A DNA stretch of 64,000 bases from the NCBI GenBank assembly GCA_963841735.1, contig CAWJDT010000001.1, positions 1,664,001-1,728,000 on the forward strand, in the 5' to 3' direction. Made by a program: the position numbers and the translations under genes. The stretch comes from an uncultured Actinomycetes bacterium. Its GTDB lineage: Bacteria > Actinomycetota > Thermoleophilia > RBG-16-64-13. Positions 35,141-45,148 of this stretch are shown one piece after another. Each line of letters opens with the position of its first letter. The first letter of the stretch is position 1. Under the pieces are notes generated by a model. That model searched no databases. It saw nothing but the letters and a program-made list of their open reading frames with translations, and was not told the DNA's origin.

Positions 35141-35916
35141 GACGTGCCCCATACCGACGCGAGCACCCGTATGGCGATGGCAGCGGATAACAGCGTGCCG
35201 GCGAAAGCGGTCTCAGCCAGACCGAAATCCGTGTCCGCCGCTAGTGTGACGGTGCCTTCGTATCCGCGGCTGAGCATGGCCACGTACACCCGCTCCCCTC
35301 GACTGTAGCTGCGGAGGAAGAGGGCGCCCAGCATCCTACCCAGCACCGGCACGTTCCCGAGCCAGCGGGCGCGGAAGTTGCGGGAGGTCATGGCTCGGCG
35401 CATGCGCCCGGCCTCGTCCGAAAAGACGAAGCTGTACCGGTACATGAAACTGACGATGAGGATGAACACCTTTGGCGCTCGCAGGCGGTCGAATCCGGCC
35501 ACCATATCGGCGAAGGGAGTGGTTGCTCCCAGAACGGTGACGCTGAGGACGCTCAGCAGCGCTTTGGCTCCAGCGTTCCAGAGCACCATCAGGCCCACGT
35601 TGCTCACGCTCAGGCCACCCAGGTTGTAGCTCCCTTGACCGGCTCGGTGAAAGAAGGGAAGAAAGACGGCCACCATCAACAGCACCGGCAGAACTATGAG
35701 CAGGCGCTTGAGCACGTAGCCGAGGGGCACGCGGGCAAGTCCGATGAGGAACACCAGCAGGGCGGCATACAGGGCGAACGCCCACATGGCTCTGGCGGGG
35801 GTGGTCACGACAATCACCGTGAGGCCGAGCATTGCCAGGATCTTGGCCCGAGCGTCGAGATCGTAGAGGAATCCTCCCGCAGAACTGCGCTCTGTCAGAA
35901 AAGTGCCGGCTGTCAT
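35137..35916 (-). CDS. cbiQ: ECF transmembrane component (CbiQ/NikQ)
   Basis: [30 protein letters not shown]. Confidence 0.9.
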   Translation of the reverse strand: MTAGTFLTERSSAGGFLYDLDARAKILAMLGLTVIVVTTPARAMWAFALYAALLVFLIGLARVPLGYVLKRLLIVLPVLLMVAVFLPFFHRAGQGSYNLGGLSVSNVGLMVLWNAGAKALLSVLSVTVLGATTPFADMVAGFDRLRAPKVFILIVSFMYRYSFVFSDEAGRMRRAMTSRNFRARWLGNVPVLGRMLGALFLRSYSRGERVYVAMLSRGYEGTVTLAADTDFGLAETAFAGTLLSAAIAIRVLASVWGTS

Positions 35917-35964
35917 GGGGTTGCGGGGTCGGGGGTCAGCCCACCAACACGCGGGTCGCAGCGG

Positions 35965-36991
35965 CTAGGCCGAGTCGGTGCCTTGGGCGGCACGGGGTCG
36001 CAGTGTGCCGAAAAACCGGCCCAGCAGAAGCACAAGCGCGAATAGGGCGACGGTGCCGATCAGTCCGGCCACGCCTGTCGCTATCCTGGCGCTCTCGATG
36101 CCGGGCAACTGGTAGTCGGGCAGGGGAGAGAGATCCCACACCGGCTGCTCGGCGACCGCCGTTTCGAAGCCCTTGTCGGCGGCCACACGTTCGAGACCAT
36201 CAGGCGAGCTCGACGCGAAGGGCGAAACGAACACGGCCAGTGCCGCGGCCACCACGAGAGCGGAGACCACGAAGGCCCAGAGGCGGGTGCGCCTGGATGT
36301 CCCGCGCGTGGGGCAGCGAGGGTTCTCCCGGCACCTGTCCCGGGGTCGGCGAAGGCAGATCGAAGCTCTTGACCAGGTCGGGCCGGGCGGCGAAGACCGC
36401 CGCGGCGATCGCCGTGGTGATGAGGGCCTCGCCCAGACCGATGATCATGTGCACCGAGGCCATGGCGGGTAGCGCGACTCCCAGAGGAACGGTTCCGGAG
36501 AGCGCCAACTCGAGCGAGCAGGCGAGCGAGGCAAGGAGCACCGAGACCCAAGAGGCCACCGCCACCGCGGCCAGACGTCCGGTGAGAGTGCGGGGGAGGA
36601 GCCTCTTCAAGAGGAGAAAGAGCCAGTAGCTGGCAAACACAGCGATCACGCCCATGTTGAAGACGTTGGCGCCCAAAGCGGTGATGCCACCGTCCGCCAT
36701 GCCCAATGCCTGGACGAGAAGGACGACGGTCATGACTACGGTCGCGGCATAGGGCCCCAGCAGAGCGATGGCCAACATCGCGCCCAGGAAATGTCCGCTC
36801 GTGCCGCCGGCCACGGGGAAGTTCAACATCTGCGCCGCGAAGATGAAGGCGGCTGTGACGCCCAGCAGCGGGACCGTCCGTTCTCCCAACTCCTTGCCGG
36901 TCTTCCGGAGTGAGTAGGCGACCACGCCCAGGGACACCGCGCTCGTGGCCACCGCGACGGGGATGTCTACGAAACCGTCGGGGATGTGCAT
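35965..36991 (-). CDS. cbiM: ECF substrate component CbiM/NikM with C-terminal PDGLE (NikN) domain (frameshift near 36290)
   Basis: MHIPDG start, AQMLNFP, GTSGH, DGGITALG.N, HMIIGLGE; PDGLE motif in the adjacent frame. Confidence 0.9.
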
Positions 36992-37438
36992 GGCCTGCTG
37001 CCCTGCTCTAGGTTGGTTGTAGGTTGGCCTTCGCAGCAGTCGGCGCACACGCCGTGGATGGTGAGCTCGCGGACCGTGAAGTCATGAGTGGAGAGGAGCG
37101 CCTCGGGCAGAGCGGAGAGGTCCTCGTCGTGGAGGTGGTCCACCCGGCCGCAGGCATCGCATACCAGATGGTGGTGCCGGACTTCCTCTTCCACCTCGAA
37201 GAGGCGACAGTTGGGGCCCGAGCCGGGTCTCCCGCACAAGTCCGAGAGCGACCAAGAGCTCCAGGGTGCGGTACACAGTGGAGATGTTGACGTGAGGGAA
37301 TTGCTCCTGCACCAAGCGGCACACTTCCTCGGCGCTCATATGAGGGGCTCCCGCGCGCAGCACCTCCCAGACGAGAGTGCGCTGCGGAGTGAGCCTGTAG
37401 CCGAGATCCTGGAGCGTCTGTGTAGCGTGATGAGTCAT
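36967..37438 (-). CDS. Fur-family regulator, probably Nur-like (frameshift near 37215)
   Basis: GYRLTPQR, HMSAEEV, STVYRTLE; HHHLVCDACG and CADC in the next frame. Confidence 0.88.
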
Positions 37439-37443
37439 CGCAG

Positions 37444-37477
37444 TTGCGAATCTATTGCAATAGCGCATTGCTGTCAA
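37444..37477 (-). promoter_or_regulatory. Sigma70 promoter overlapped by a Nur-type box
   Basis: Minus strand TTGACA-N17-TAGATT; palindrome TTGCGA-N5-TTGCAA at 37444-37460 fits the Streptomyces Nur consensus tTGCaa-N5-ttGCAA. Confidence 0.7.
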
Positions 37478-37626
37478 CCGGTAACCGCGGTTTGGCGTAG
37501 TTCGAGCGGGGTGCAGCCGGGTGGCCACCCCCGAGCGGGTCTGTTACTGTTCTGACGAAGGATCCGGCACGGCCACGATGGCGTTTCCGGCAGATCGCGG
37601 AGCATAGTTGGAGGAGGTGATGGTCG

Positions 37627-38693
37627 ATGAGTGATATCCCGAGGCTGACGCTGCTTTCGCACGGTTCCGGCTGAGCGTGCAAAGTGGGCCCCAAGGACTT
37701 GGGGCAAGTCATGGCTATGCTGCCACCGACGGACGATCCGGCGTTGCTGGTGGGGGCCGATACGCTGGATGACGCGGCCATCTATCGGCTTGAACGATGA
37801 GGTCGCGCTGGTGCAGACCGTGGACTTCTTCACGCCCGTGGTCGACGACCCCTACGACTTTGGCCGCATCGCTGCCGCCAACGCCCTCTCCGATGTTTAC
37901 GCCATGGGAGGGCGGCCTCTTACCGCGCTCAACATCGTCTGTTTTCCCATCGGCACTCTGCCGTTGGAGTACTTGGGCCGCATCCTTGCAGGGGGCGCCG
38001 AAACGGTGCGGCTGGCCGGTGCCACCATCGTGGGCGGGCACACCATCGACGATCCTGAGCCCAAGTACGGCCTTGCTGTGACGGGGGTCATCAAGCCTGG
38101 CGACCAATCGACCAACGCGGCGGCCGTTCCAGGAGACCTGCTGGTGCTGACCAAACCCCTGGGGACAGGCATGATCGCCACCGCCATCAAGCGGGGCACG
38201 GCTGCCGGCGTCGCAGTCGCGGCCGCCACAGCAGTCGATGGCCACTCTCAACCGCGACGCTGCTGAGGTCGCCCGCCGGTTTGGCGTGCGGGCGGTCACC
38301 GATGTCACCGGCTTTGGCCTGCTGGGCCACCTGTCGGAGATGTGCCGGGCCAGCCGGGTGGGCGCCGACCTGTGGTTGGACAGGCTGCCCCTATTACCGG
38401 GAGTCGAGGAACTGGCCCGGGAGGGTGTGGTGCCCGGTGGCACGAAGCGCAACCTGGAGTATGTGGTTGCCTTCACGGAGTTCGAAGCGGCCATCGAAGA
38501 CTGGTGGCGGCTGATTGCGGCCGACGCTCAGACTTCAGGCGGGCTGTTGCTCGCGGTCGCCGAAGAGCGGGTCTTTCAGGTGGTGGAGGCTCTTGAAGAG
38601 AAGGGCGTGCCGGCTGCGGCGGTGATAGGGAAGATCCGAGAGGAAGGCGGACCTATGCTGCGGGTGTCGCTGAGCGGCGACTCCGGCGGATAG
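37627..38693 (+). CDS. selD: Selenophosphate synthetase, selenocysteine-containing (in-frame UGA; two frameshifts)
   Basis: RLT...HGSG-U(TGA 37672)-[58 protein letters not shown]. Confidence 0.93.
37688..37705 (+). promoter_or_regulatory. Bacterial SECIS hairpin
   Basis: GCCCCAA-GGAC-TTGGGGC; the G-starting apical loop is about 20 nt after the UGA. Confidence 0.75.
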
Positions 38694-38694
38694 G

Positions 38695-39120
38695 TCAGAT
38701 CGCAGCGGGCTCTCGATCGAGGTGCACCGATAGACTCACCCTGGTGCCCCCGCCAGGGGAACGGAAGAAGTTGACCTCGTCCATGAGCGTGACCATGAGC
38801 GGCAGGCCCAGTCCGCGGTATCCGAAGGTCTCCCGGCCGGCGGTGGGCGGTCTGAAGACGCCTGTGTCGACGATAACGAAGGTCAGGCGTCTGTCTTGTA
38901 GCGTGGCCGAGACCTCCACCGACTCTTGAGGGCAACGAGCGTGCTCCACCGCGTTGGCGAAAGCTTCCGAAACGGCCACCTTCAGGTCGAACGCTCTCTC
39001 GTGGCCGACGCCTGCCTCACGCGTGATCTGCTCGACGAATCGCCGTATGTCGCCCAAGCGAGCGGTCTCGGCTTCCACTTTCACGGTCCACTGAAGGTCT
39101 TCATGAGTTCCCGTAATCAT
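38695..39120 (-). CDS. Anti-sigma factor kinase (RsbW-like HATPase)
   Basis: LKVAVSEAFANAVEH, DTG.F, RGLGLPLM..LMDEV, GT. Confidence 0.88.
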   Translation of the reverse strand: MITGTHEDLQWTVKVEAETARLGDIRRFVEQITREAGVGHERAFDLKVAVSEAFANAVEHARCPQESVEVSATLQDRRLTFVIVDTGVFRPPTAGRETFGYRGLGLPLMVTLMDEVNFFRSPGGGTRVSLSVHLDREPAAI

Positions 39121-39467
39121 GAGGTGCCGTCTCTCCTCAGGCTCGCATCCGCTTCTTCGCGGTCTTGGAACAACCGGAACCGGGGGTCGGCGAGCACGCC
39201 GACGATTTCCAGCAGGCGGTGGATGTTGCCGTTAGCCCCTATGAGACCCAGCCATCCGCTCTCAGGGAGCCTGCGGGCGTGTGAGAACATGACCGACAAC
39301 CCCCCGCTGTCTATGTAGTCCACGCGGCTGAGATCAAGCAGTACTACCGACGAGGCGCTTCGGGCCTCGTCGAGAGCGGTGTCCAAAGCGCCACATGTAC
39401 TGTGGTCGACATCCCCCCAAGTCTCGACCAGTGGTGTCTCTGTCAGCTTAGTCAGTCGCGCACTCAT
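39117..39467 (-). CDS. STAS anti-sigma factor antagonist
   Basis: GDVDH...LLDLSRVDYIDSGGL; paralog of 1308-1733. Confidence 0.88.
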   Translation of the reverse strand: MSARLTKLTETPLVETWGDVDHSTCGALDTALDEARSASSVVLLDLSRVDYIDSGGLSVMFSHARRLPESGWLGLIGANGNIHRLLEIVGVLADPRFRLFQDREEADASLRRDGTS

Positions 39468-39509
39468 CAGCACCCGGTCAGCAGGAGTTACCTTGTTCTC
39501 GGGTCACTA

Positions 39510-39534
39510 CTACCCGGACAGAGTCATTGTAAAC
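39510..39534 (-). promoter_or_regulatory. SigB/SigF-type promoter
   Basis: Minus strand GTTT-N15-GGGTAG upstream of the STAS-RsbW pair. Confidence 0.65.
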
Positions 39535-39572
39535 ACGGGAGTGTCTCGTTCTGTCGGGGGTGGCTGAGTCTC

Positions 39573-40730
39573 TCAAAGGATATGATCCACGGTTGTAAGC
39601 GAATAGCCTTGCGCGAACAGCCAGTCGACGACCACTGGGATCGCCGCGACCGTTTGCAGGCGGTTCGGGCCTCCATCGTGCATCAGGATGATCGCTCCAG
39701 GCCTGGTCTCGGCCTTGACGTGGGACATGATCGCGTTGACGTCTTGGCGTTCCCAGTCACGTGTGTCGACGGTCCAGAAGGCTAGGCGGAGGCCCATGGA
39801 GGAGGCGAGCGCCCTAACGGTGGCGTTGGAGTCGCCGTAGGGGGGCCGCAGGAAACGGCTGCCGCCGATGACATTATTGGTCCGGGTGATCTGGCTGGCG
39901 AACTCCGCGGCGCTCACCTTAGTGAGCCACGGATGGTTCCAGGTGTGATTCTCTACCTCGTATCCCGCGTCCTTCATCTGTTGGATGAGCTCCGGATAGG
40001 CCGACGCTGAGCCGCCCTGGACGAAGAAGGTGGCCGGAACGTGCGCGGCTGCCAAAGCGGCGAGCACTTCCTGAGTATGTGTGCCGGGGCCGTCGTCAAA
40101 AGTGAGCGCGGCGAGCTTCTGTCCGGGCTGGGGAGTCTCGTCCAGCCTATAGACAGTGTCTTGCGGGGCGACGGTGACCAAGGCCGCCGCCTCCCTGCCG
40201 CTGCAGACGCCTGTGTACAGCTCGCGCTCCCCGGGTGAACCCGTCTGCGCGAGACTCACGATGTTGCCCTGACCAGCGATGGTGGTTGAGAAGGGCATGT
40301 ACTGGGTGGTCGGCTCGATCTGCTCGATCAGGGGGTCACCATGCCGTACGACCAAGGCGGCTCCGTCGGTGAGCGCAGCGGTGGCGTCCAGCGATCTGTC
40401 GTTCACCCTACTAACGGCAGGAGAGCCTCCCGCGAGGGTGAGCACATCACCCGCGATGTCCAGAGTCGAGCCGTCCCGGGCCTGCGCGACCAGTGGCCCG
40501 GCTAGAAGGGAGGCTGCGACGCCCGGTTGCACCGACCGGACGACTCCGTTCAGCTCTACCGTGTTGCGGAGATTGGCATGGGCGGTAGGGGTGAGGAAGA
40601 AGGCCAGGCATCCCAGTAAGAACGCCGCCAACGACAGTAGCGCCACTTGGCGCCCGTTGCGCCGTCTCGTCCGCAGCCTTTTCTGTTTGCCGCTGACGGT
40701 TTGGTAGGTCGTGTGGGGGTGCCCCTTCAT
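39573..40730 (-). CDS. Membrane-anchored polysaccharide/peptidoglycan deacetylase (NodB family)
   Basis: N-terminal TM; TFDDGP, NHTWNH, RPPYG, DTRDW, LMHDG. Confidence 0.9.
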   Translation of the reverse strand: MKGHPHTTYQTVSGKQKRLRTRRRNGRQVALLSLAAFLLGCLAFFLTPTAHANLRNTVELNGVVRSVQPGVAASLLAGPLVAQARDGSTLDIAGDVLTLAGGSPAVSRVNDRSLDATAALTDGAALVVRHGDPLIEQIEPTTQYMPFSTTIAGQGNIVSLAQTGSPGERELYTGVCSGREAAALVTVAPQDTVYRLDETPQPGQKLAALTFDDGPGTHTQEVLAALAAAHVPATFFVQGGSASAYPELIQQMKDAGYEVENHTWNHPWLTKVSAAEFASQITRTNNVIGGSRFLRPPYGDSNATVRALASSMGLRLAFWTVDTRDWERQDVNAIMSHVKAETRPGAIILMHDGGPNRLQTVAAIPVVVDWLFAQGYSLTTVDHIL

Positions 40731-40882
40731 CGCGTTCTCATTATCCCATAGCAGTCGGCGGTTCAGGCTCTTCTAAGTAGGGGTCGTTCGGCGGAGCTGG
40801 GCAGTCCGGCTGCGGCTGGGCTCGACGGAGTGTGTGTTACCATACCGGCGGCGTATGCCACAAAAGCAACTGCGAGGTACGC

Positions 40883-42325
40883 ATGCGGATTGTCTTCATT
40901 GAACCCGCCTCTCCGGGTTTTCACATCTATAGTTTCATCAAGCAGATGCGTTTGGGCCTTCCTCTATTGGGAGCCCTCATGACCGAAAGAGGACATGAGG
41001 TGCGCATCTACGCCGAGGCGCTCGACGAGGTCAACTGGGACGACGTTCTGTCGGCCGACTTGGTGGGCATATCGACCACGACTTCCACCTCGGTGCGGGC
41101 CTACCGGTACGCGCAGAGGGTGCGGGAAGCGGGCATACCGGTGGTCATGGGCGGCCCGCACGTCACCTTCCTAGACGACGAGGCAATGGATTTCTGTGAC
41201 TACGTTGCCCGCAACGAAGGGGAAGAGACTCTCATTGCGCTGGTGGAGTATCTGCAGGGTCGGGGCAACCTGGAAAGCATCCTGGGCCTCACCTATCGTG
41301 ACGCGAACGGCAAGGTTGTCCGCAATGCCGACCGTCCGCTACTTGCCTCGCTCAGCGATCTGCCTTGGCCGGACATGAGTCTCGTGGTGGGCGGCGAGAA
41401 AGTGCATCCGAGCCCCATTCTGTCGTCGCGCGGCTGTCCGTTCGGCTGTGAGTTCTGTTCGGTGGTGCTTATGTTCGGGCGCAGAGTCCGCACCATCGAG
41501 CCAGAACAGGTGGTCGCGCGGATAAAGCAGGTGAACCCGAGCAAGATGTTCTTCTACGATGACAACTTCTTTATCAGCAGGCGCCGCGGCAAGGAGCTGC
41601 TTACGCTGATGATCCGGGAGAAGCTGTCGAATCCGTTCTTCGCGCAGATCAGGGTGGATTCCATCTGCAAGGATGGCAAGGTGGACGAAGAACTCCTCGA
41701 TCTGCTGTATACGGCGGGATGCCGCATCGTTTACCTGGGGTTGGAGTCGGTGAACCCGGCGACCCTGAAGGAATATCACAAGGAATCGACCATCGACGAC
41801 ATGGCCGGTGGTCTGGAGGCTCTTCACAAGCGGGGCATCAGCACGCACGGCATGTTCGTCTTTGGGGCCGATTCCGACACTCGCGAAGCTCTGGACAAGA
41901 CGGCGGACTTCGCTGTGGAACATGGTCTCAACAGCGCCCAGTTCCTTGCGTTGACCCCGCTGCCCGGCACCAGGCAGACGGCTCAGCTATTCGCCGATGG
42001 CCGGATATTCACCAAGAACTGGAGTCTCTACGATGGGCATCATGTGGTCTTCTGGCCCCAGCAGATGACTCCGTATGAGCTGCAAGACACCATCAATCGG
42101 GCGCACAAACGTTTCTACAGTGGGCGCAGGGCCATAGCCCGCAAATACGACGGACCGATCATCCGCAAGCACCAGTTGCAGGGGTATCTCATGGCGCGGG
42201 CTTGGGAGCACGTGCGTGAGAACCGTGAATTCATGCGGGATTTGAAGGAATTCTCCGAATCGCATCCTCGGCCGGAGCCGCTGGACGGTTTCTCCAAACC
42301 GGATTTCGGCAAGGCTGGTCTGTAG
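40883..42325 (+). CDS. B12-binding radical SAM protein
   Basis: N-terminal cobalamin-binding domain (GGPHVT, EGE); SRGCPFGCEFC; DDNF; GLES. Confidence 0.9.
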   Translation: MRIVFIEPASPGFHIYSFIKQMRLGLPLLGALMTERGHEVRIYAEALDEVNWDDVLSADLVGISTTTSTSVRAYRYAQRVREAGIPVVMGGPHVTFLDDEAMDFCDYVARNEGEETLIALVEYLQGRGNLESILGLTYRDANGKVVRNADRPLLASLSDLPWPDMSLVVGGEKVHPSPILSSRGCPFGCEFCSVVLMFGRRVRTIEPEQVVARIKQVNPSKMFFYDDNFFISRRRGKELLTLMIREKLSNPFFAQIRVDSICKDGKVDEELLDLLYTAGCRIVYLGLESVNPATLKEYHKESTIDDMAGGLEALHKRGISTHGMFVFGADSDTREALDKTADFAVEHGLNSAQFLALTPLPGTRQTAQLFADGRIFTKNWSLYDGHHVVFWPQQMTPYELQDTINRAHKRFYSGRRAIARKYDGPIIRKHQLQGYLMARAWEHVRENREFMRDLKEFSESHPRPEPLDGFSKPDFGKAGL

Positions 42326-42433
42326 CCTCTCGCTCGTCGGAGTTTCTTCGTTCAACAAAGGATTCTTACTGCCATTTGCGAAAGGCTATCAGGACTTGCT
42401 AGCGGAGCTAGGCATTTAGAGCAGGGGGATAGC

Positions 42434-43192
42434 TTGGCCAGAGTGGTGGCCTTTACAAACCAAAAGGGCGGCGTGGCAAAGACCACGACGACTCTGAATC
42501 TTGGGGTTGCCTTCCAAGAGATGGGCCACCGCGTGCTAGTGGTCGATCTCGATCCTCAGGGTAATCTGACCATGAGCCTGGGTCTTGACCCGGACTCAGT
42601 GCGGCCCAGCATGTACGATGTTCTGGTCAGCGGAGTTAGCATTGAGGACGTCATCCGAAATCAGGAACTCGATGTGGCTGTGTCCAATATCGACCTCGCG
42701 GCCGCGGAGATCGCGCTGAGTTCGCTGATAGGGCGGGAGAGGTCTCTCAGTAAGGCCCTGCTGCAGGTGCGCGACACGTACGAGTTCATTCTCATCGACA
42801 CGCCTCCCTCACTGGGCCTTCTCACAATCAACGCCCTCACCGCCTCCGATGCGGTCATAGTCCCGGTGCAGTGTGAATATCTGTCTCTGCGCGGTCTCGC
42901 GCAGCTGGAGCGGACCTTGGAGTTGGTGAGGGACAATCTCAACCCCAACGTGCACATCGGGGGCATCCTGCCCACAATGTATGACTCCCGGACGGTGCAT
43001 GGTAGGGAGGCGGTCGAAGTGCTCCGCGGCAGCTTTGGGGATCTGGTCTACACCACCGAGATACACAAGACCATAAAATTCGCGGAAGCGCCTGTGAAGG
43101 GGCAGTCGGTTCTGAAGTACGCGCCGGACAGCCAGGCGGCTCAAGCATATCGCCAGCTTGCAAGAGAGGTGCTCGATGGAAAAAAGATCTAG
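42434..43192 (+). CDS. ParA/Soj-family ATPase
   Basis: NQKGGVAKTT, DLDPQGN, IDTPPSLG, PVQCEY, TMYD.RT, EAP. Confidence 0.93.
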   Translation: MARVVAFTNQKGGVAKTTTTLNLGVAFQEMGHRVLVVDLDPQGNLTMSLGLDPDSVRPSMYDVLVSGVSIEDVIRNQELDVAVSNIDLAAAEIALSSLIGRERSLSKALLQVRDTYEFILIDTPPSLGLLTINALTASDAVIVPVQCEYLSLRGLAQLERTLELVRDNLNPNVHIGGILPTMYDSRTVHGREAVEVLRGSFGDLVYTTEIHKTIKFAEAPVKGQSVLKYAPDSQAAQAYRQLAREVLDGKKI

Positions 43193-44681
43193 CATGAAGG
43201 ATAGTGGCCTAAGCGCTCTCTTCTTGGCGACGGACACGGCGAAACAGGGCGAGGAGTCGCTCTTGGACGCTGCTCAGGCTGAACAGAAGGCTGAGAAGCC
43301 CGAGCCCGCGTGTCGGAGTCCGGTCTCCAGGTAGGCGAGTCCGCCGATAGCTGCCAGAAAGTGCTCGCTGGGGCTGCTCCAGACGCGACCGGCGGCGGGG
43401 GGGCACGGAGTACCGGTGGGCCAAGACCATACTGTGATGGACGCGCAGGATCGGTCCAGCGCGGGGCGTCGTACTCTCATCCAGCCCTCGTGGAGCTTCC
43501 CGGCCGTTATCAGGGTGGTCGGGGTCGGTGGCGCCGGCACCAATGCTATCAATCGCATGCTCGAAGCGGGCATCAAGGGCGTAGAGTTCATCGCCATCAA
43601 TACCGACTCCCAGGCTCTGGCCATGTGCGAGGCTGATCACAAGCTGCGCATCGGTCATGACCTTACCAAGGGATTGGGCGGTGGCTCCGATCCGAAGGTG
43701 GGCCGCGACGCCGCCTTGGCTGCCTACGACGAGATCAAGAACATGCTCAAGGGCAGCGACATGGTGTTCATCACAGCAGGAGAGGGGGGCGGCACCGGGA
43801 CCGGTGCCGCGCCGGTGGTGGCCGAGATAGCCAAATCCCAAGGGGCGCTTACCATAGGGGTGGTGTCACGCCCCTTCTCGTTCGAGGGCAAGCGACGTGG
43901 CATCCAGGCGTTGGAGGGGGTGCGGGGCTTAAGGCAGCGGGCCGACACGGTCATCGTGGTGCCCAACGACAAGCTACTGGAAGTGGCCGACAAGGGCACC
44001 AGCATGATCGACGCGCTTCGTCTCGCCGATGACGTGCTCCGCCAGGGCGTTCAGGGCATCTGCGATCTGGTGACCGTGCCCGGGTTGATCAACCTCGACC
44101 TGGCCGACGTTCGCACCATCATGACCGGGGCGGGCACCGCTCACATGGGCGTCGGTCACGCCCGGGGCGAACAGCGGGCTCAGAAGGCGGCTGAGATGGC
44201 TCTCAACTCCTCGCTCCTGGAGACCTCCATCCACGGGGCCCGGGGTATTCTTCTCAATATCAGCGGCGGCGGGGATATGGCGCTCTTTGAGATAAACGAG
44301 GTCGCGGAGGCCGTAAGTGCCGAGGCCGCACCCGACGCCAACATAATCTTCGGCGCTGTGGTGGATGAGTCGCTCACCGACTGCCTGTGGGTGACGGTGG
44401 TTGCCACCGGATTCGACGCCACCAGCGATGAGATTCTCACAGCTCAGGTGGAAACGGCGACCAGGCACGACCATTCGGCGGAAAGACCGGCTGTGGAATA
44501 CGGTGTGCAGACGTCCCCGACTTCGAGTGACCAGACGGCTGCGGTGTCCGGCGAGCGGACGCCTGTCCCGCCCGATAGGGCGTTCACCGACCTGCTACCC
44601 AAGCAGGTCTGGACCGAGCCTGACGGCGGAAGCGGTGGTGCTGACGATGACACCCTGGACATACCGGCGTTTCTAAGGTAG
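43176..44681 (+). CDS. ftsZ: Cell division protein FtsZ with a probable N-terminal extension
   Basis: GVGGAGTNA, NTD, GGGTGTG, NLDLAD, C-terminal LDIPAFLR. Core ORF is 43416-44681; ATG 43176 (RBS GAGG) is in the same frame with one TAG at 43332, bridgeable by two compensating indels. Confidence 0.9.
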
Positions 44682-45131
44682 GTTCTGGCGCAGGTCCCGC
44701 TCGTAGTAGAGGCTGGTCTTTTCAGCGAGGCCCAGCCTGCGGTAGAAGGCGTGGGCGCCCAGGTTCCACGACTCCGCCGATAGATAGAGCCTGCTGCAGC
44801 CGCGGGCCCGGGCGATCGTCTCGGCCGACTGCAAGAGGCTTCGGCCCACGCCAGAACTGCGGTACGCTTGCGTCACGAGCACGTCCTGGAGCTCGCACAC
44901 CAATCCCGCCGACCACGTGCTAAGCGAGAAGACAAGGGCGCACATGCCGATCAGACGGCCTTGGCGGTCGGCCACCAGCAGGAGGTGGTCGTCGGCGGCG
45001 AGAATGGCGGAGACCGTGGCGGTGAGGGGTTCGGCATCGGGGGGAGTGACGCCGTGGTGCGTCATGATCTCTTCCAGAAGAGAGAGTATCTGAGGCGTGT
45101 CTGAAGGTGTGGCCTGTCGGTAAGCGATCAT
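44673..45131 (-). CDS. GNAT-family acetyltransferase
   Basis: V...YRSSGVGRSLL, N..AHAFYRRLG. Confidence 0.88.
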   Translation of the reverse strand: MIAYRQATPSDTPQILSLLEEIMTHHGVTPPDAEPLTATVSAILAADDHLLLVADRQGRLIGMCALVFSLSTWSAGLVCELQDVLVTQAYRSSGVGRSLLQSAETIARARGCSRLYLSAESWNLGAHAFYRRLGLAEKTSLYYERDLRQNLP

Positions 45132-45148
45132 GGGTGCGAGGTTAGCAG

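Noticed and set aside
37478-37626. tRNA-Sec or cobalamin riboswitch between the Fur gene and selD
   Set aside because: No cloverleaf with a UCA anticodon and no B12-box motif is recognisable.
43332-43334. TAG read-through (pyrrolysine) in ftsZ
   Set aside because: No pyl genes are in view, the site is in a linker, and compensating indels are more parsimonious given the error rate.
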